The notes under the pieces: model-generated | What the model was told of the DNA's origin: nothing | Seen by the model: only the letters and a program-made list of their open reading frames with translations | Databases searched by the model: none | Origin: an uncultured Chloroflexia bacterium | GTDB taxonomy: Bacteria; Chloroflexota; Limnocylindria; Limnocylindrales; CSP1-4 | NCBI GenBank assembly: GCA_963697275.1 | Contig: CAVONF010000005.1 | Coordinates: forward strand, 138,134 to 202,133 | DNA length: 64,000 nucleotides | Direction of reading: 5' to 3' | Translations under genes and position numbers: made by a program | In this document: piece by piece, positions 12,276 through 32,553 of the stretch | Numbering within the stretch: position 1 is the first letter of the stretch | How the letters are laid out: each line of letters begins with the position of its first letter

Positions 12276-13557
12276 TCAGACCGCCCCTGCCTCGACGGGG
12301 TGGTCGTGATGGCGTTCGTCGCGGCGGGCCTTGGGGATGATCCACTGCAGCACGACCGGTGCGATGAGCGTAGTGAGGATCGACCGCCGCCAGGAGGACA
12401 GCGTAGGTCTCGTTGCCGATGAGGGGCTGGCCGGATTCGTCGGTGAGCGTCAGCCCGAGGGCGGCCACGACGATGCCGACCTCACCGCGTGGGATCATGC
12501 CCACGCCGACCACGACGGAGTTCCAGCGCCCCAACCGGAACGAGCCGGCGATGCCGCCGAGCAGCTTGGTGAACACGGCCAGGACAGTGAGGATGAGGAC
12601 GAGCGACAGCAGCCGCACATCGACGAGGGCGCTCAGGTCGATCTTGGCTCCTGTGACCGCGAAGAAGAAGGGCGTGAAGATGCCCACCAGTGGCCGATAG
12701 CCGTGCTCGATCTCCTCACGCACGGGCGTCTCGGCGATGATGAGCCCGACCACGAAGGCGCCGATGATGGCCGCCAGGCCCACGAACTGCGCCAGTAGCG
12801 CGCCCGCGAACATGACGATGAAGACCGGCACGACCGGCGTGTCGGCGAACATTGGCCACACGAAGGCCGAACGCGGGATGCGTCGGCCGAGTGGCGCCAG
12901 GGCCAGCCCCACGACCACGAACACCACGCCCGCCACGAGCACGATGATGGTGTCCGCCCCAAGGTCTCCCCCGGCGAGGCCGGAGACGACCCCGATGGCC
13001 AGCAGGGCCAGGATGTCATCGACGATGGCGGCGCCCAGGATGACCCGGGAGAAGGCCCGATCGAGCACGCCCAGGTCAGCCAGCACCCGACTGGTGATGC
13101 CGATGCTGGTAGCGGCCAGCGCCAGGCCGATGATGGCTGCCGCCAGGACATCACCATCGATGATGACGCCCACCGCGATGCCGGCGACGATGGGCAGCAC
13201 GAAGCCGATGACGCCGACCGCGACGGCCATCGGCCCGACGGCGAAGAGATCGTCGATGCGGACCTCCAGGCCGACCACGAAGAGCAGGATGACCACGCCG
13301 AGCTCGGCGAAGATCTGCGCGTTGAGCGTGACGTCGGCGAGCCCGAGGGCGAACGGCCCGACGACGAAGCCGCCCAGCAGCTCACCGATGACGCCCGGCT
13401 GCCCGATGCGCCGGAAGACCTCTTCTCCGACCTTGGCGGCCAAGAAGAGCACGAAGAGGCTGAAGAGTGCGCTCTCGAAGGCGGCACCCTCTGCCCCACC
13501 CGCGCCAGCCGCGAACGACAGCAGCTCTGGGAGCGCCAATTCCGGGAGGAAGGACAT
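12276..13557 (-). CDS. Cation:proton antiporter, CPA2/Kef-NapA-like membrane domain (one frameshift near 12370)
   Basis: A polytopic protein of about 425 aa with Na_H_Exchanger-type blocks (VGEEVFRRIGQPGVIGELLGGFVVGP, ILGAAIVDDILALL, MIPRGEVGIVVA). The reconstructed end is ILTTLIAPVVLQWIIPKARRDERHHDHPVEAGAV-stop at 12276. Confidence 0.75.
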
Positions 13558-13630
13558 GGCCCGCTAGCCTAGCGGTCGCGGCGATGCCGTGACAGCGGAT
13601 CCGACGTCCTGCTCGTCGCGGCCGAGCCGC

Positions 13631-14773
13631 TCAGGTGGACCTCGAGCGCCGCATGGCCAGCGATTCGAGGATGCCCAGCCCCAGGGCTGCGCTGATGAGC
13701 GAGGCGCCGCCGTGCGTCACGAACGGCAGCGGGATGCCGGTGATGGGCATGACGCCCAGGACCATGCCCACGTTGATGATCATCTGGAACAGCATCATCC
13801 CGGCCAGGCCGCCCGAGAGGGCCAGCGTGAAGTTGTCCTCGGAGCGCCAGCCCACCAGCAGGATGCGCCAGATGAGCAGGGCGAACAGGGTCAGCACCAC
13901 GACACCGCCAAGGAAGCCCAGCTCCTCGCCGACGCGGGCGAACACGAAGTCCGTCGAGCCCACTGGCAGGTCCTGGCCGGCCAGTCCATTGGTCAGCCCT
14001 CGGCCCAGGAAGCCACCCGAGCTGACCGTGATCTGCGACTGCTGCAACTGGTATCCAGCACCGAGCGGGTCGGCTGCCGGATCCAGAAAGGCGATCAGGC
14101 GCTGCTTCTGGTAGTCCTTAAGCAGCAGCGACCAGGCGACCGGCACCATCGCCAGCACCCCCAGCACCGAGACCGCCAGCCAGCGCAGGCTGGCGCCGGA
14201 CATGAAGAGCGCGCCCAGCACGATGGCGCCGAACACCAGCGACGTGCCCAGGTCAGGCTGGATGAGCACGAGTCCCAGCAGGGGCAGCGCGATGAGCCCG
14301 GCGCCGAGGATGGTGCCCACCCTGTTGATGGCCGCCTGGCGTGTGGCGAGGTAATGGGCCAACACCACCGCCAGCAGGATCTTGGCGACCTCGGAGAACT
14401 GGAACTGCAGGCCGAGGATGGAGACCCAGCGTGAGACACCACCAGTGCCGCTGCCGATGAGCAGCGTCAGCAGCAGCAGGCCGATGCTCAGGGCGTAGAT
14501 GGGCCACACGAACGTCCGCAGCCAGTGATGGTCGGCAGCAGCCGAGGCCACGAAGACCACGGCCGCCAGCGCCAGCCAGATGAGGCCACGCGTGAAGATG
14601 GAGCCGGGCTGCAGCGGGTCGGTGGCACTGTTGGTGAAGGCCATGAGCAGGCCCACCACCGTGAGCGACAGCGCGAAGATGGCCAGCTGCAGGTCGAAGC
14701 CGTACCAGCGGCCCTGCCCGTCCCGCGCCGCCAGCGTCCCCACCCGCGCCGGCTCGATGCGCAACGTGCTCAT
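13631..14773 (-). CDS. rodA: Peptidoglycan glycosyltransferase of the SEDS family (RodA/FtsW)
   Basis: An intact 380-aa SEDS protein (SRWVSILGLQFQFSEVAKILL, QPDLGTSLVF, GMPITGIPLPFVTHGGASL). It is directly downstream of the PBP2 gene. Confidence 0.85.
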   Translation of the reverse strand: MSTLRIEPARVGTLAARDGQGRWYGFDLQLAIFALSLTVVGLLMAFTNSATDPLQPGSIFTRGLIWLALAAVVFVASAAADHHWLRTFVWPIYALSIGLLLLTLLIGSGTGGVSRWVSILGLQFQFSEVAKILLAVVLAHYLATRQAAINRVGTILGAGLIALPLLGLVLIQPDLGTSLVFGAIVLGALFMSGASLRWLAVSVLGVLAMVPVAWSLLLKDYQKQRLIAFLDPAADPLGAGYQLQQSQITVSSGGFLGRGLTNGLAGQDLPVGSTDFVFARVGEELGFLGGVVVLTLFALLIWRILLVGWRSEDNFTLALSGGLAGMMLFQMIINVGMVLGVMPITGIPLPFVTHGGASLISAALGLGILESLAMRRSRST

Positions 14774-14776
14774 CGA

Positions 14777-16712
14777 TCAGCCACCGTAGAAGTTGGCACG
14801 CTCGAGCACCCAGCGCTGGCGCAGGTCCACCGAGAGGCCGTAGTGAAGCTGCAGGAAGTACTTGACGATCTCGGTGGCGGCGTTGCCTGCCGTGCGGGAG
14901 TCGTGCACGTAGGCCAGGACCACGAGCTCGGCATCCTCGCGGCGAACGGCCGCCAGGCCCTCGGGGTCGGAGGCGGTCTTGCGCGGCTCGTTGGGCACGA
15001 AGGCCACGAACCAGTTGCTGAAGGGCAGCCGACCCTGCTTGTCGCGGATCGCCGAACTCGGCAGTGCCCGACTTGCCCGCCACCACGATGGGCAGGTCCA
15101 CGAGGTTGTAGGTGTGTCGGATGGTGACGACGCGCCGGGCGGCGACGCGCATGGTGCGCAGCACGCTCTTGTCGATGTCCAGCTCGCGAATGACCTCGGG
15201 CTGGACGCGCTCCACGACGTTGCCGTCGGCGTCCAGGATGCGGCGCACCAGCTGCGGCTTGTAGAGCGTCCCGCCGTTGGCGAGGGCAGCGTAGGCGTTC
15301 AGAACCTGGATGGCACTGCTCATGTTGTAGCCCTGGCCGATGCCCGCCTGGTAGACCTCGCCGGTGTAGTACTGCTCGTTGAGGGTGCGCCGCTTCCAGT
15401 CATTCGTGGGCACGATCCCGGAAACCTCGCCGGGAAGATCGATACCGGTGGGCTTGCCGAAGCCCCATTGGTGCGCCCAGTAGGCCAGGCGATCGATACC
15501 GAGCATGCCGGCCAGGCGGAAGAAGAATGTGTCGCTGGAGTGGGCGAAGCCACCGTAGATGTTGACCAGGCCGAAGCCCTCCTTGTTCCAGTCCCAGTAC
15601 TTCCACTCGCCGATCTCGATGAAGGGCTCGGTCTTGATATTGGTGGTGGGGGAGATCTTGCCGTCCTGGAGGGCGCCCGATCCGGCCACCAGCTTGTAGG
15701 TCGAGCCCGGTGGGTTCTGCTCGCCGATGGCGTGGTTGAGCATGGGGCGTGCCGGGTCGCGCAGCAGCTTCTTGTACTCCGCGTTGGAGATGCCGAGCGC
15801 GAAGGCGTTGTTGTCGTAAGCCGGCAGCGAGACCATGGCCAGGATCTCGCCGTTCTGGGGATTCATGGCCATGACCACGCCGTAGTCGATGCCCACGATG
15901 TCCATGGCCCACTCGAGGGCCTTCTGGGCGTTCTTCTGGACTCTCGTGTCGATGGTCAGCTCCAGCGAGTCGCCCGGCTCGGGCGGTCTCAGTACCACCG
16001 GCGAGCGCACCTCGTTGCCCTGCCGATCGAGCTCGACCTCCTCCAGCCCGAACCTGCCGCGCAGCACCTCCTCGTAGGTCGCCTCCAGACCAGCCTTGCC
16101 GATGAGGTCCTCGGGCCAGTAGTTGCGATCGCGGAGTCGCTGATACTCGGGTCCGGAGATGCGGCCGGTCCAGCCCAGCACATGGGACATGAGCTCGCCG
16201 TAGGGGTAGCTGCGTCGTGCCTCGAGGTCCACCTGCACGCCCGGGAACATGTCCTGGTCTTCGCTGATGATGCGCGCCGTCTCGGTCTCGACGTCGGCGA
16301 TGCGGACTGGCTCGAACTGGGAGCCGATATGCGCGTCCAGACGCTCGATGATCTTGCGAGCCGGGATGTCCGTCAGTCGCGAGAGGCGCTCGGCCACCTC
16401 GGGCCGCAACTCGAATGGCATCTCGGCGGGCACGATACGCAGGACGAAGGTCGGCACGTTCTCGACCAGCAGGCGTCCCTTGCGGTCATACATGAGGCCA
16501 CGCGCGACGGTGACCGGCCGCGCGACGGTCGATTGCTGAGCCGAGAGACCCTGGAACTCCGAGGCCTGCGCCAGCTGCAACTGGAAGAGCCGCAGGCCCA
16601 GCCCGGCGACAGACAGGACGATGGCGACCCCGAAGACGGCCAGGCGGGGTGCCAGACGCCGCCGGTCAGGCCCTTGCTCGATGGTGCGGCCGATGGAGGC
16701 CGGCGTGCTCAT
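14777..16712 (-). CDS. mrdA: Penicillin-binding protein 2 (elongation transpeptidase); frameshift(s) near 15010-15060
   Basis: It has an N-terminal TM segment, a PBP dimerisation domain, the SxxK motif (PGSTYKLVAG) and KSG (VVAGKSGTAEF). The C-terminus continues in ORF 14777..15007. It sits between mreD and rodA. Confidence 0.85.
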
Positions 16713-16716
16713 GCGG

Positions 16717-17220
16717 TCACCACGCCAGCCGCTCGCGTTCGCCGAAGCGCAGGTCGAGGGCACGTACGACCACGACCGCGATAGCAGCCAGCAGCAGGTT
16801 GAGCGCGCCGATCAGGATCAGCTCCGGCAGGGCCAGCCCGGCGAAGGCGACACCGGCCGTCACGCCCAGGATGGCCAACAGCAGCACCTGGTACACGAAG
16901 GTGAGGCTGAAGGTCGTGGCCGAGATGACGATGAGTCGCGGGGGCCACGTCGTGCGCGCCACGAGCAGTGCGAGCGCGGTCAGCAGCACGAGGGTCAGGG
17001 CTGACGAGCCAAGCGCCCTTCCAGGCAGCAGGAGGTCCAGCGCCACACCTCCGACGAACGCCCAGGCCATGCCACTGTCGAAGCCGAGCACCATGGCCAC
17101 AGCGATGCCCACGGCGAACACGAGGTCGGGCTTGACACTGCCCACCTGAAGGTGGGTCAGCACGCTCGACTCGACCACGGCGGCAAGGACGGCTCCCACG
17201 GCAGGAGCCAGGATGCTCAT
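16717..17220 (-). CDS. mreD: Rod shape-determining protein MreD
   Basis: A 167-aa very hydrophobic protein of about 5 TM segments, immediately upstream of mrdA (4-nt gap). The call rests on position and topology. No mreC or mreB lies upstream. Confidence 0.6.
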   Translation of the reverse strand: MSILAPAVGAVLAAVVESSVLTHLQVGSVKPDLVFAVGIAVAMVLGFDSGMAWAFVGGVALDLLLPGRALGSSALTLVLLTALALLVARTTWPPRLIVISATTFSLTFVYQVLLLAILGVTAGVAFAGLALPELILIGALNLLLAAIAVVVVRALDLRFGERERLAW

Positions 17221-17598
17221 CTGGTATGTCGATAGCTCTGGGGTCCACGGCTGGAGTGGCTGCGCCCGAGTCGCCCCTCGCGCCCCGAGCCACTGCAAGC
17301 AGTATAGCCGAGGGTCCTCCCCTTCCCTGGAGGCTGCCTGTGGTCGGGTGACCCTGTCAGTGACCCGGGGGCGGAACACTCGGGTGGGCCAGCTGGGTAC
17401 CGACGGCGCCTCCCCTCTCCTGCGCACGGCGCTGCGACATCGCACAGCGCCACGCTGTCGTGCGTATCATTCGCTACTCAGGCCATCGCCGAGCGGCGGA
17501 TGATCGAGTACGGTCTGTCGTCCCGAGTTGACCTGTGCGATTCCGGATGGAAGGCAGTTTGGCACGAACAAGTGGACAGACGAGAGGCAATTCCTCCG

Positions 17599-17614
17599 TG
17601 TTTCACGTGGAACC
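17599..17614. promoter_or_regulatory. parS-like site (14/16 match to TGTTTCACGTGAAACA)
   Basis: TGTTTCACGTGGAACC is read directly, in the non-coding region upstream of parA. Confidence 0.6.
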
Positions 17615-17983
17615 ATGTGTTGTGGCATCGCGACCACCCCGTCAGGCAGGCAAGCTGATCGCGTGAGGACCCGAGCCTCCCTGCCCAGAGCGAACGCGCG
17701 CGGGAGTCGAGCGGGGCTGCTGGGGACCAGACAGCCACTACCCCGTTGCCCGCCTGTTGTCGTCCAAGCGATACACGTAGGTTCCGCGTACGCGTGTTCC
17801 CCGAAAGACGCCGGCGACCGGCCTGGGGCGTACGCTCGCGAAGCGTGGTTCAGCGGTTCGAGCGAGTTGAGGGCTGACTGGTCGAGCATGGGCGTCGATG
17901 CACGTCGCCAAGTCCGCGGGGCCATGGGTGGGAGCGGCCAGTGATCCAGGTCTCGGCGCTCGATCAAGCCTCCATCTGCCGAC

Positions 17984-17999
17984 CGTTTCACGTGAAACA
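17984..17999. promoter_or_regulatory. parS centromere site (15/16 match to TGTTTCACGTGAAACA)
   Basis: CGTTTCACGTGAAACA is a near-perfect palindrome 340 bp upstream of parA. Confidence 0.8.
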
Positions 18000-18090
18000 T
18001 CCGGTCAGCTGCTCAAGCGCTCAGCTTCCTCTCGATCACGAGGGCCGCAGGGGCAGGCGAACTCCCCGGTCGCGAGCGAGGCGCAGCCGA

Positions 18091-18099
18091 TGTGGACAA
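18091..18099. promoter_or_regulatory. DnaA box (TGTGGACAA, the complement of the high-GC consensus TTGTCCACA)
   Basis: A perfect 9/9 match. Related 9-mers lie at 17241, 17571, 18202, 18244 and 18257. Confidence 0.5.
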
Positions 18100-18303
18100 G
18101 CAGCGGCAAAGGCAGAGGGAAGCGCACGGGAAGCTCGGCGTGCAAGCATCATCAAGCATCGTGTGCCCGAGCATCATGTCGTATAGAACGTGGTCACGCG
18201 CATGTCCACGGGATCGAGGCAGGCTCGGCGACACGGCGGGACGAGCGGACAAGAGCACGGGACAAGGGTGGTGCATCAACGCACCGGAACGATACACAGG
18301 GTA

Positions 18304-18312
18304 GTATCCACA
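18304..18312. promoter_or_regulatory. DnaA box-like 9-mer (GTATCCACA, 8/9 to TTATCCACA)
   Basis: Read directly, 30 nt upstream of the parA start. Confidence 0.45.
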
Positions 18313-18341
18313 CAGTGCATTGCGAAGGGTGTAGGGACTGA

Positions 18342-19186
18342 TTGGGCGAGATCATCGCCTGCGCGAACCAGAAGGGCGGCGTTGGCAAGACGACCACTGT
18401 AGTCAGCCTCGCCGCGTATCTCGCGCTTGACGGACGGAACGTGCTGGTGGTCGACGTAGACCCGCAGGGCAACGCGACCAGCGGACTCGGCATCGACAAG
18501 GACGCCCTTGGTCTGTCCATCTACGACGCTCTGCTTGCGGACGCGGAGCTCGCAGACATCATCCAGCCGACGTCGCTCGAGAATCTGTCCATCCTCCCCT
18601 CGGATCGCAGCCTCGCAGGAGCGGAGGTCGAGCTGGTGCCTACATCCGGACGGGAGCGCCGACTCAAGCAGGTCCTGAGCGCCTCGACGGACGCGTATGA
18701 CTACGTCTTACTGGATTGTCCGCCTTCGCTCGGCCTGCTCACGGTCAATGCCCTGACCGCTGCCCACAGCGTGCTCATCCCGCTCCAGTGCGAGTACTAC
18801 GCACTGGAAGGCCTGAGTCAACTGATGGCCACCATCGAGCTCGTGCGCGACCACCTCAATCCCGGCCTTGTCGCTGAAGGGGATCGTCCTCACCATGCAC
18901 GATGGACGCACCAGCCTGGCCGCAGACGTGACGGCAGAAGTGCGACGCCACCTGGGCGATCAGGTCTTCGACGCGGTCGTACCCAGGAGCGTCCGCCTCG
19001 CTGAGGCTCCCGGGCTATGGCCGGTCCATCGCCGAATACGGCCCCGCGTCGCGTGGCGCCGTTGCGTATCAGGCGATCACGTACGAGTTGCTCACCAGGA
19101 GCGGCCACCATCCGGGCGCGTCGCTCACCGCGGCCAAAGGGAGCTACCAGGCACCGCGGACGGACCGCGAAGCAGAGGAGGTCTGA
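18342..19186 (+). CDS. parA: Chromosome partitioning ATPase ParA/Soj (two frameshifts, near 18870 and 19015)
   Basis: It has a TTG start and the deviant Walker A NQKGGVGKTTT, followed by LLDCPPSLGLLT, SLKGIVLTMHDGRT and RLAEAPGYGRSIAEYGPASRGAVAY, spread over three frames. The stop at 19184-19186 is 2 nt before parB. Confidence 0.85.
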
Positions 19187-19188
19187 CC

Positions 19189-25633
<6,445 letters not shown>

Positions 25634-25634
25634 G

Positions 25635-26708
25635 GTGAGCATCTTCGGCGAGATCGAGCGGCTGCGGCCCGGGGAAGCGCTGGGCCTCTACTGCGGCAAC
25701 GCCAATCCGCTCCTGGCTGCCAGGATCGCCCGCTACCTGGGCATCGATCTGGGCTCGTCCGAGGTCTTCGAGTTCGCCAACGAGAACATCTTCGTGCGCA
25801 TCGTGGACAACGTGCGCGAGAAGGACGTCTTCCTCGTCCAGCCCACCTGCCGGCCGGTCCAGAAGTCGATCATGGAGCTGCTCATCATGATCGACGCCTT
25901 CAAGCGGGCCAGCGCGGGTCGCATCACGGCGGTGGTGCCGTACTACTCGTACGGACGCTCGGACAAGAAGGACCAGCCTCGTGTACCCATCACGGCCCGG
26001 CTCATCGCCGACATGATCAGCGTGGCCGGAGCGGACCGGCTGCTGACCATGGACCTCCACCAGGGCCAGATCCAGGGCTTCTTCAACATCCCCGTCGACG
26101 AGCTCACCGCGGTGCACCTGCTCTCCAACTACTGGCGCCAGAAGGAGCTGGAGAACACCGTGGTGGTCACCGACCTGGGTTACGCCAAGCGTGCCCGCAC
26201 GTTCGCCGAGCTGGTCGGGGCGCCGCTGGCCATCATCGAGAAGCGGCGTGAAGCCAACGACGATCGGGCCCAGGTGCTCAACGTCATCGGTGACGTGCGC
26301 GGCAAGCGCGCCATCATCGTCGACGACGAGGTCGACACCGGCGGCACGCTGGTGGAGACGGTGCACGCGCTGGAGCGCGAAGGCGTCATCGAGATGTACG
26401 GTTGCGCCACGCACGGCGTGCTCTCCGACCCGGCCATCGACCGCATCCGCGACTCCAGCCTGCGCGAGGTGGTCATCACCGACACCATCCCGCTGCCGCC
26501 CTCGCACCGGCTCAGCAACATCAAGGTGCTCTCCGTGGCCCCGCTCATCGGTGAGGCCATCAACCGCATCCACCGGGGCGAGTCGGTCGGCGCGCTATTC
26601 TCTTCGGAGATCCAGCGCACCCAGGCGATGCTGCTGTGGGGCGACAGCGATGAGGAGCCCGCGCTTGTCGACGCGGTCGTGGCCTCGGCCGCGACGTCCG
26701 ATCGCTAG
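25635..26708 (+). CDS. prs: Ribose-phosphate pyrophosphokinase
   Basis: An intact 357-aa ORF with VVPYYSYGRSDKK, DLHQGQIQGFF and the PRPP loop IVDDEVDTGGT. Confidence 0.9.
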   Translation: MSIFGEIERLRPGEALGLYCGNANPLLAARIARYLGIDLGSSEVFEFANENIFVRIVDNVREKDVFLVQPTCRPVQKSIMELLIMIDAFKRASAGRITAVVPYYSYGRSDKKDQPRVPITARLIADMISVAGADRLLTMDLHQGQIQGFFNIPVDELTAVHLLSNYWRQKELENTVVVTDLGYAKRARTFAELVGAPLAIIEKRREANDDRAQVLNVIGDVRGKRAIIVDDEVDTGGTLVETVHALEREGVIEMYGCATHGVLSDPAIDRIRDSSLREVVITDTIPLPPSHRLSNIKVLSVAPLIGEAINRIHRGESVGALFSSEIQRTQAMLLWGDSDEEPALVDAVVASAATSDR

Positions 26709-27015
26709 GAGCAGGGGAGGCCAGGCCGCATGACCGATCGAGCCCACCCGTGGGCCCGAGGGCGATGGCAGCGAGGTGCTGCCGGAGCCGACGTCGGTGG
26801 GGAGTGACCTCGGCGAACGGGCGCCGACGGGCGACTATCGCGATCAGCTGCGCTCACGCCGCTGGAACGCGGCACCGCTGCGCAATCCCGAGGTCCAGAA
26901 GACGGACCCCCGCATCGCGGTCGCGTTCATCGTCATCCTCTGCGCCATCACCCTGGTCGTCCTGGTCGTCGGGTACGGCAGCGGCTTCTGGAGCCTGCCC
27001 GGGGACGAGGGCCCG

Positions 27016-30020
<3,005 letters not shown>

Positions 30021-30273
30021 GGAGCGCGAAGTATAGGGTGCCGGGGCCCCAGGGCCACTGAGGGCGCCTGCGGCGAGGCCACGAACGGCGCCTGCAGGCC
30101 GCTGCGGGAGCCAGCGCTCCGTGCGTTCAGGCAATCTTCGCCGACCCCTTGTGCGCGATGCCGGGTCAATGGGTACACTCGGCGAAACGCCGGAGGCCGT
30201 CCTCCGGCGTCGCCTGTAGCGGCCGTTGCAGGACGTGCCCTGGCAGCCGGACCGATGAGGGAGAGAGACATCA

Positions 30274-30522
30274 GTGAAGCCGTTTTCGGTCGAGCCCGAA
30301 GCCGAGATCGGCGATCCGTCGTTCACCGATCTGATCGCCTGTGAGCGTGACTGCAGGAACTGCAGCTACGCCGCCTGGCTGGACTGCGACGGCAACTGTG
30401 GGGAGTGCGTGCACAACGGCTACTGCCCCTGCGTGAACCCCGTGGTCGCCCGCAGCAAGACCGCGCTCAAGATCATCGAGCTGCGACCCCTGCTGCTGCA
30501 GGATCTGCGCGCTCGACGCTAG
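30274..30522 (+). CDS. Small Cys-rich protein (82 aa, 8 Cys; duplicated CX3CX2C), unknown function
   Basis: It has a GTG start preceded by GAGGGAGAG and high GC3. The Cys spacing is C-x3-C-x2-C-x7-C-x3-C-x2-C-x5-C-x-C. It ends 21 nt before prfB. Confidence 0.55.
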   Translation: MKPFSVEPEAEIGDPSFTDLIACERDCRNCSYAAWLDCDGNCGECVHNGYCPCVNPVVARSKTALKIIELRPLLLQDLRARR

Positions 30523-30543
30523 ACCGGACCACCCCGAGAGCCG

Positions 30544-31651
<1,108 letters not shown>

Positions 31652-31659
<8 letters not shown>

Positions 31660-32532
31660 GCTGCGGCAGGCCACGCCCGCTGACGTCCCGGCCATGCTGG
31701 ACGTCTTCTTTCGGGCCATCGAGGACCTCGATGAGCGCAGGCGGCGGCCACTGCAGCCGCGCAACCCGGCACCGCTGGAGCTGCACTTCCGGCACCTCCT
31801 GGCGACCGATCCCCGATCGTCGATCGTGGCCGATGACCATGGACAGCTGGTGGCCTTCGGGATCGCTCATGGCACGCGACGGGGACGCCTTCCTGTCGTT
31901 CCTCTTCGTCCTCCCGCAGTGGCAGGCTCGCGGCCTGGGACGGGCCGTCATCAGCGAGTGTCTGCACGGTGCCGGCCAGACAGCCCGGCTGGCCACCTGC
32001 GCGGAGGCCAACCAGCCCGTCTCGACCGGCCTCTACGCCTCCCTGGGGCTGGCGCCGCGCGTGCCGATCTACCTGCTTCGCGGAGCGCTCGAGGGCCACG
32101 CGCTGCCACGACTGCCTGCGGATGTCCGGGCCCGCTCGGTCGCGGCTGACGAGGTCGCCCCCCTCGACGACCAGCTGCTGGGCTATCGACGGCCGCAGGA
32201 CCACGCCTTCTGGTCGAGGGCGGCCGCCGCGGCTGGGTGTTCGAGACTGCCGGGGGGCGGCTGCTCGGCTACGGGTACGCTCACCCCAGCGGTCGCATCG
32301 GGCCGGTCGCCGCCGTGGAGCCAGGTGACCTGCCGGCCCTGCTCGGTCACCTCGTGCGGGCCATGCCCGTGCTGGAAGGCCGGCAAGTGGTGATCGGGGG
32401 AGCCGCCAGCAGGCGCTCAGTCCGCTGCTCGCCGCGGGCATGCGCATGGACGGCACGCCCGCGGTCTATTGTGCGCAGCGACCGGGACCCCATTTCGATC
32501 GCTACCTCCCCATGAGCTTCGCGCTTCTGTGA
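31652..32532 (+). CDS. GNAT-family N-acetyltransferase (about 3 frameshifts; start not resolved)
   Basis: ELRQATPADVPAMLDVFF...VADDHGQLVAFG...LFVLPQWQARGLGRAVI carries the acetyl-CoA Q/RxxGxG/A motif. The C-terminal half is spread over ORFs 30996..32393 and 32237..32515. The end ...PMSFALL-stop is at 32532. Confidence 0.6.
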
Positions 32533-32553
32533 CCCTACCGCGCGCCCCTCGGA

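Noticed and set aside
13560-13575. The palindrome CCGCTAG-C-CTAGCGG between the antiporter start and the rodA end, as a terminator.
   Set aside because: The loop is a single nucleotide and there is no U-tract, so it is unlikely to form a functional terminator hairpin.
17467-18000. ORFs starting MFHVK... or containing VSRET... in the 17.2-18.3 kb region, as possible rsmG, mreC or hypothetical genes.
   Set aside because: FHVK and VSRET are simply translations of the palindromic parS sequence. The ORFs lack GC3 bias and any RsmG or MreC motifs, and too little space remains before parA for rsmG.
17221-18341. A structured RNA gene (RNase P RNA, 6S, SRP RNA, tRNA) in the 1.1-kb non-coding region.
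   Set aside because: There is no GAGGAAAGUCC / ACAGAA-type P4 motif, no SRP GGAA/AGCA motif and no complete tRNA cloverleaf. GGTTCGAGC at about 17852 is isolated. A novel RNA cannot be excluded without covariation data.
30188-30212. A perfect hairpin GCCGGAGG-ccgt-CCTCCGGC in the secA / Cys-rich-ORF divergent spacer, as a terminator or riboswitch.
   Set aside because: There is no U-tract on the plus strand and only a weak GUUUCG on the minus strand, where no upstream gene needs terminating. It may be a 5'-UTR structure, but the evidence is insufficient.
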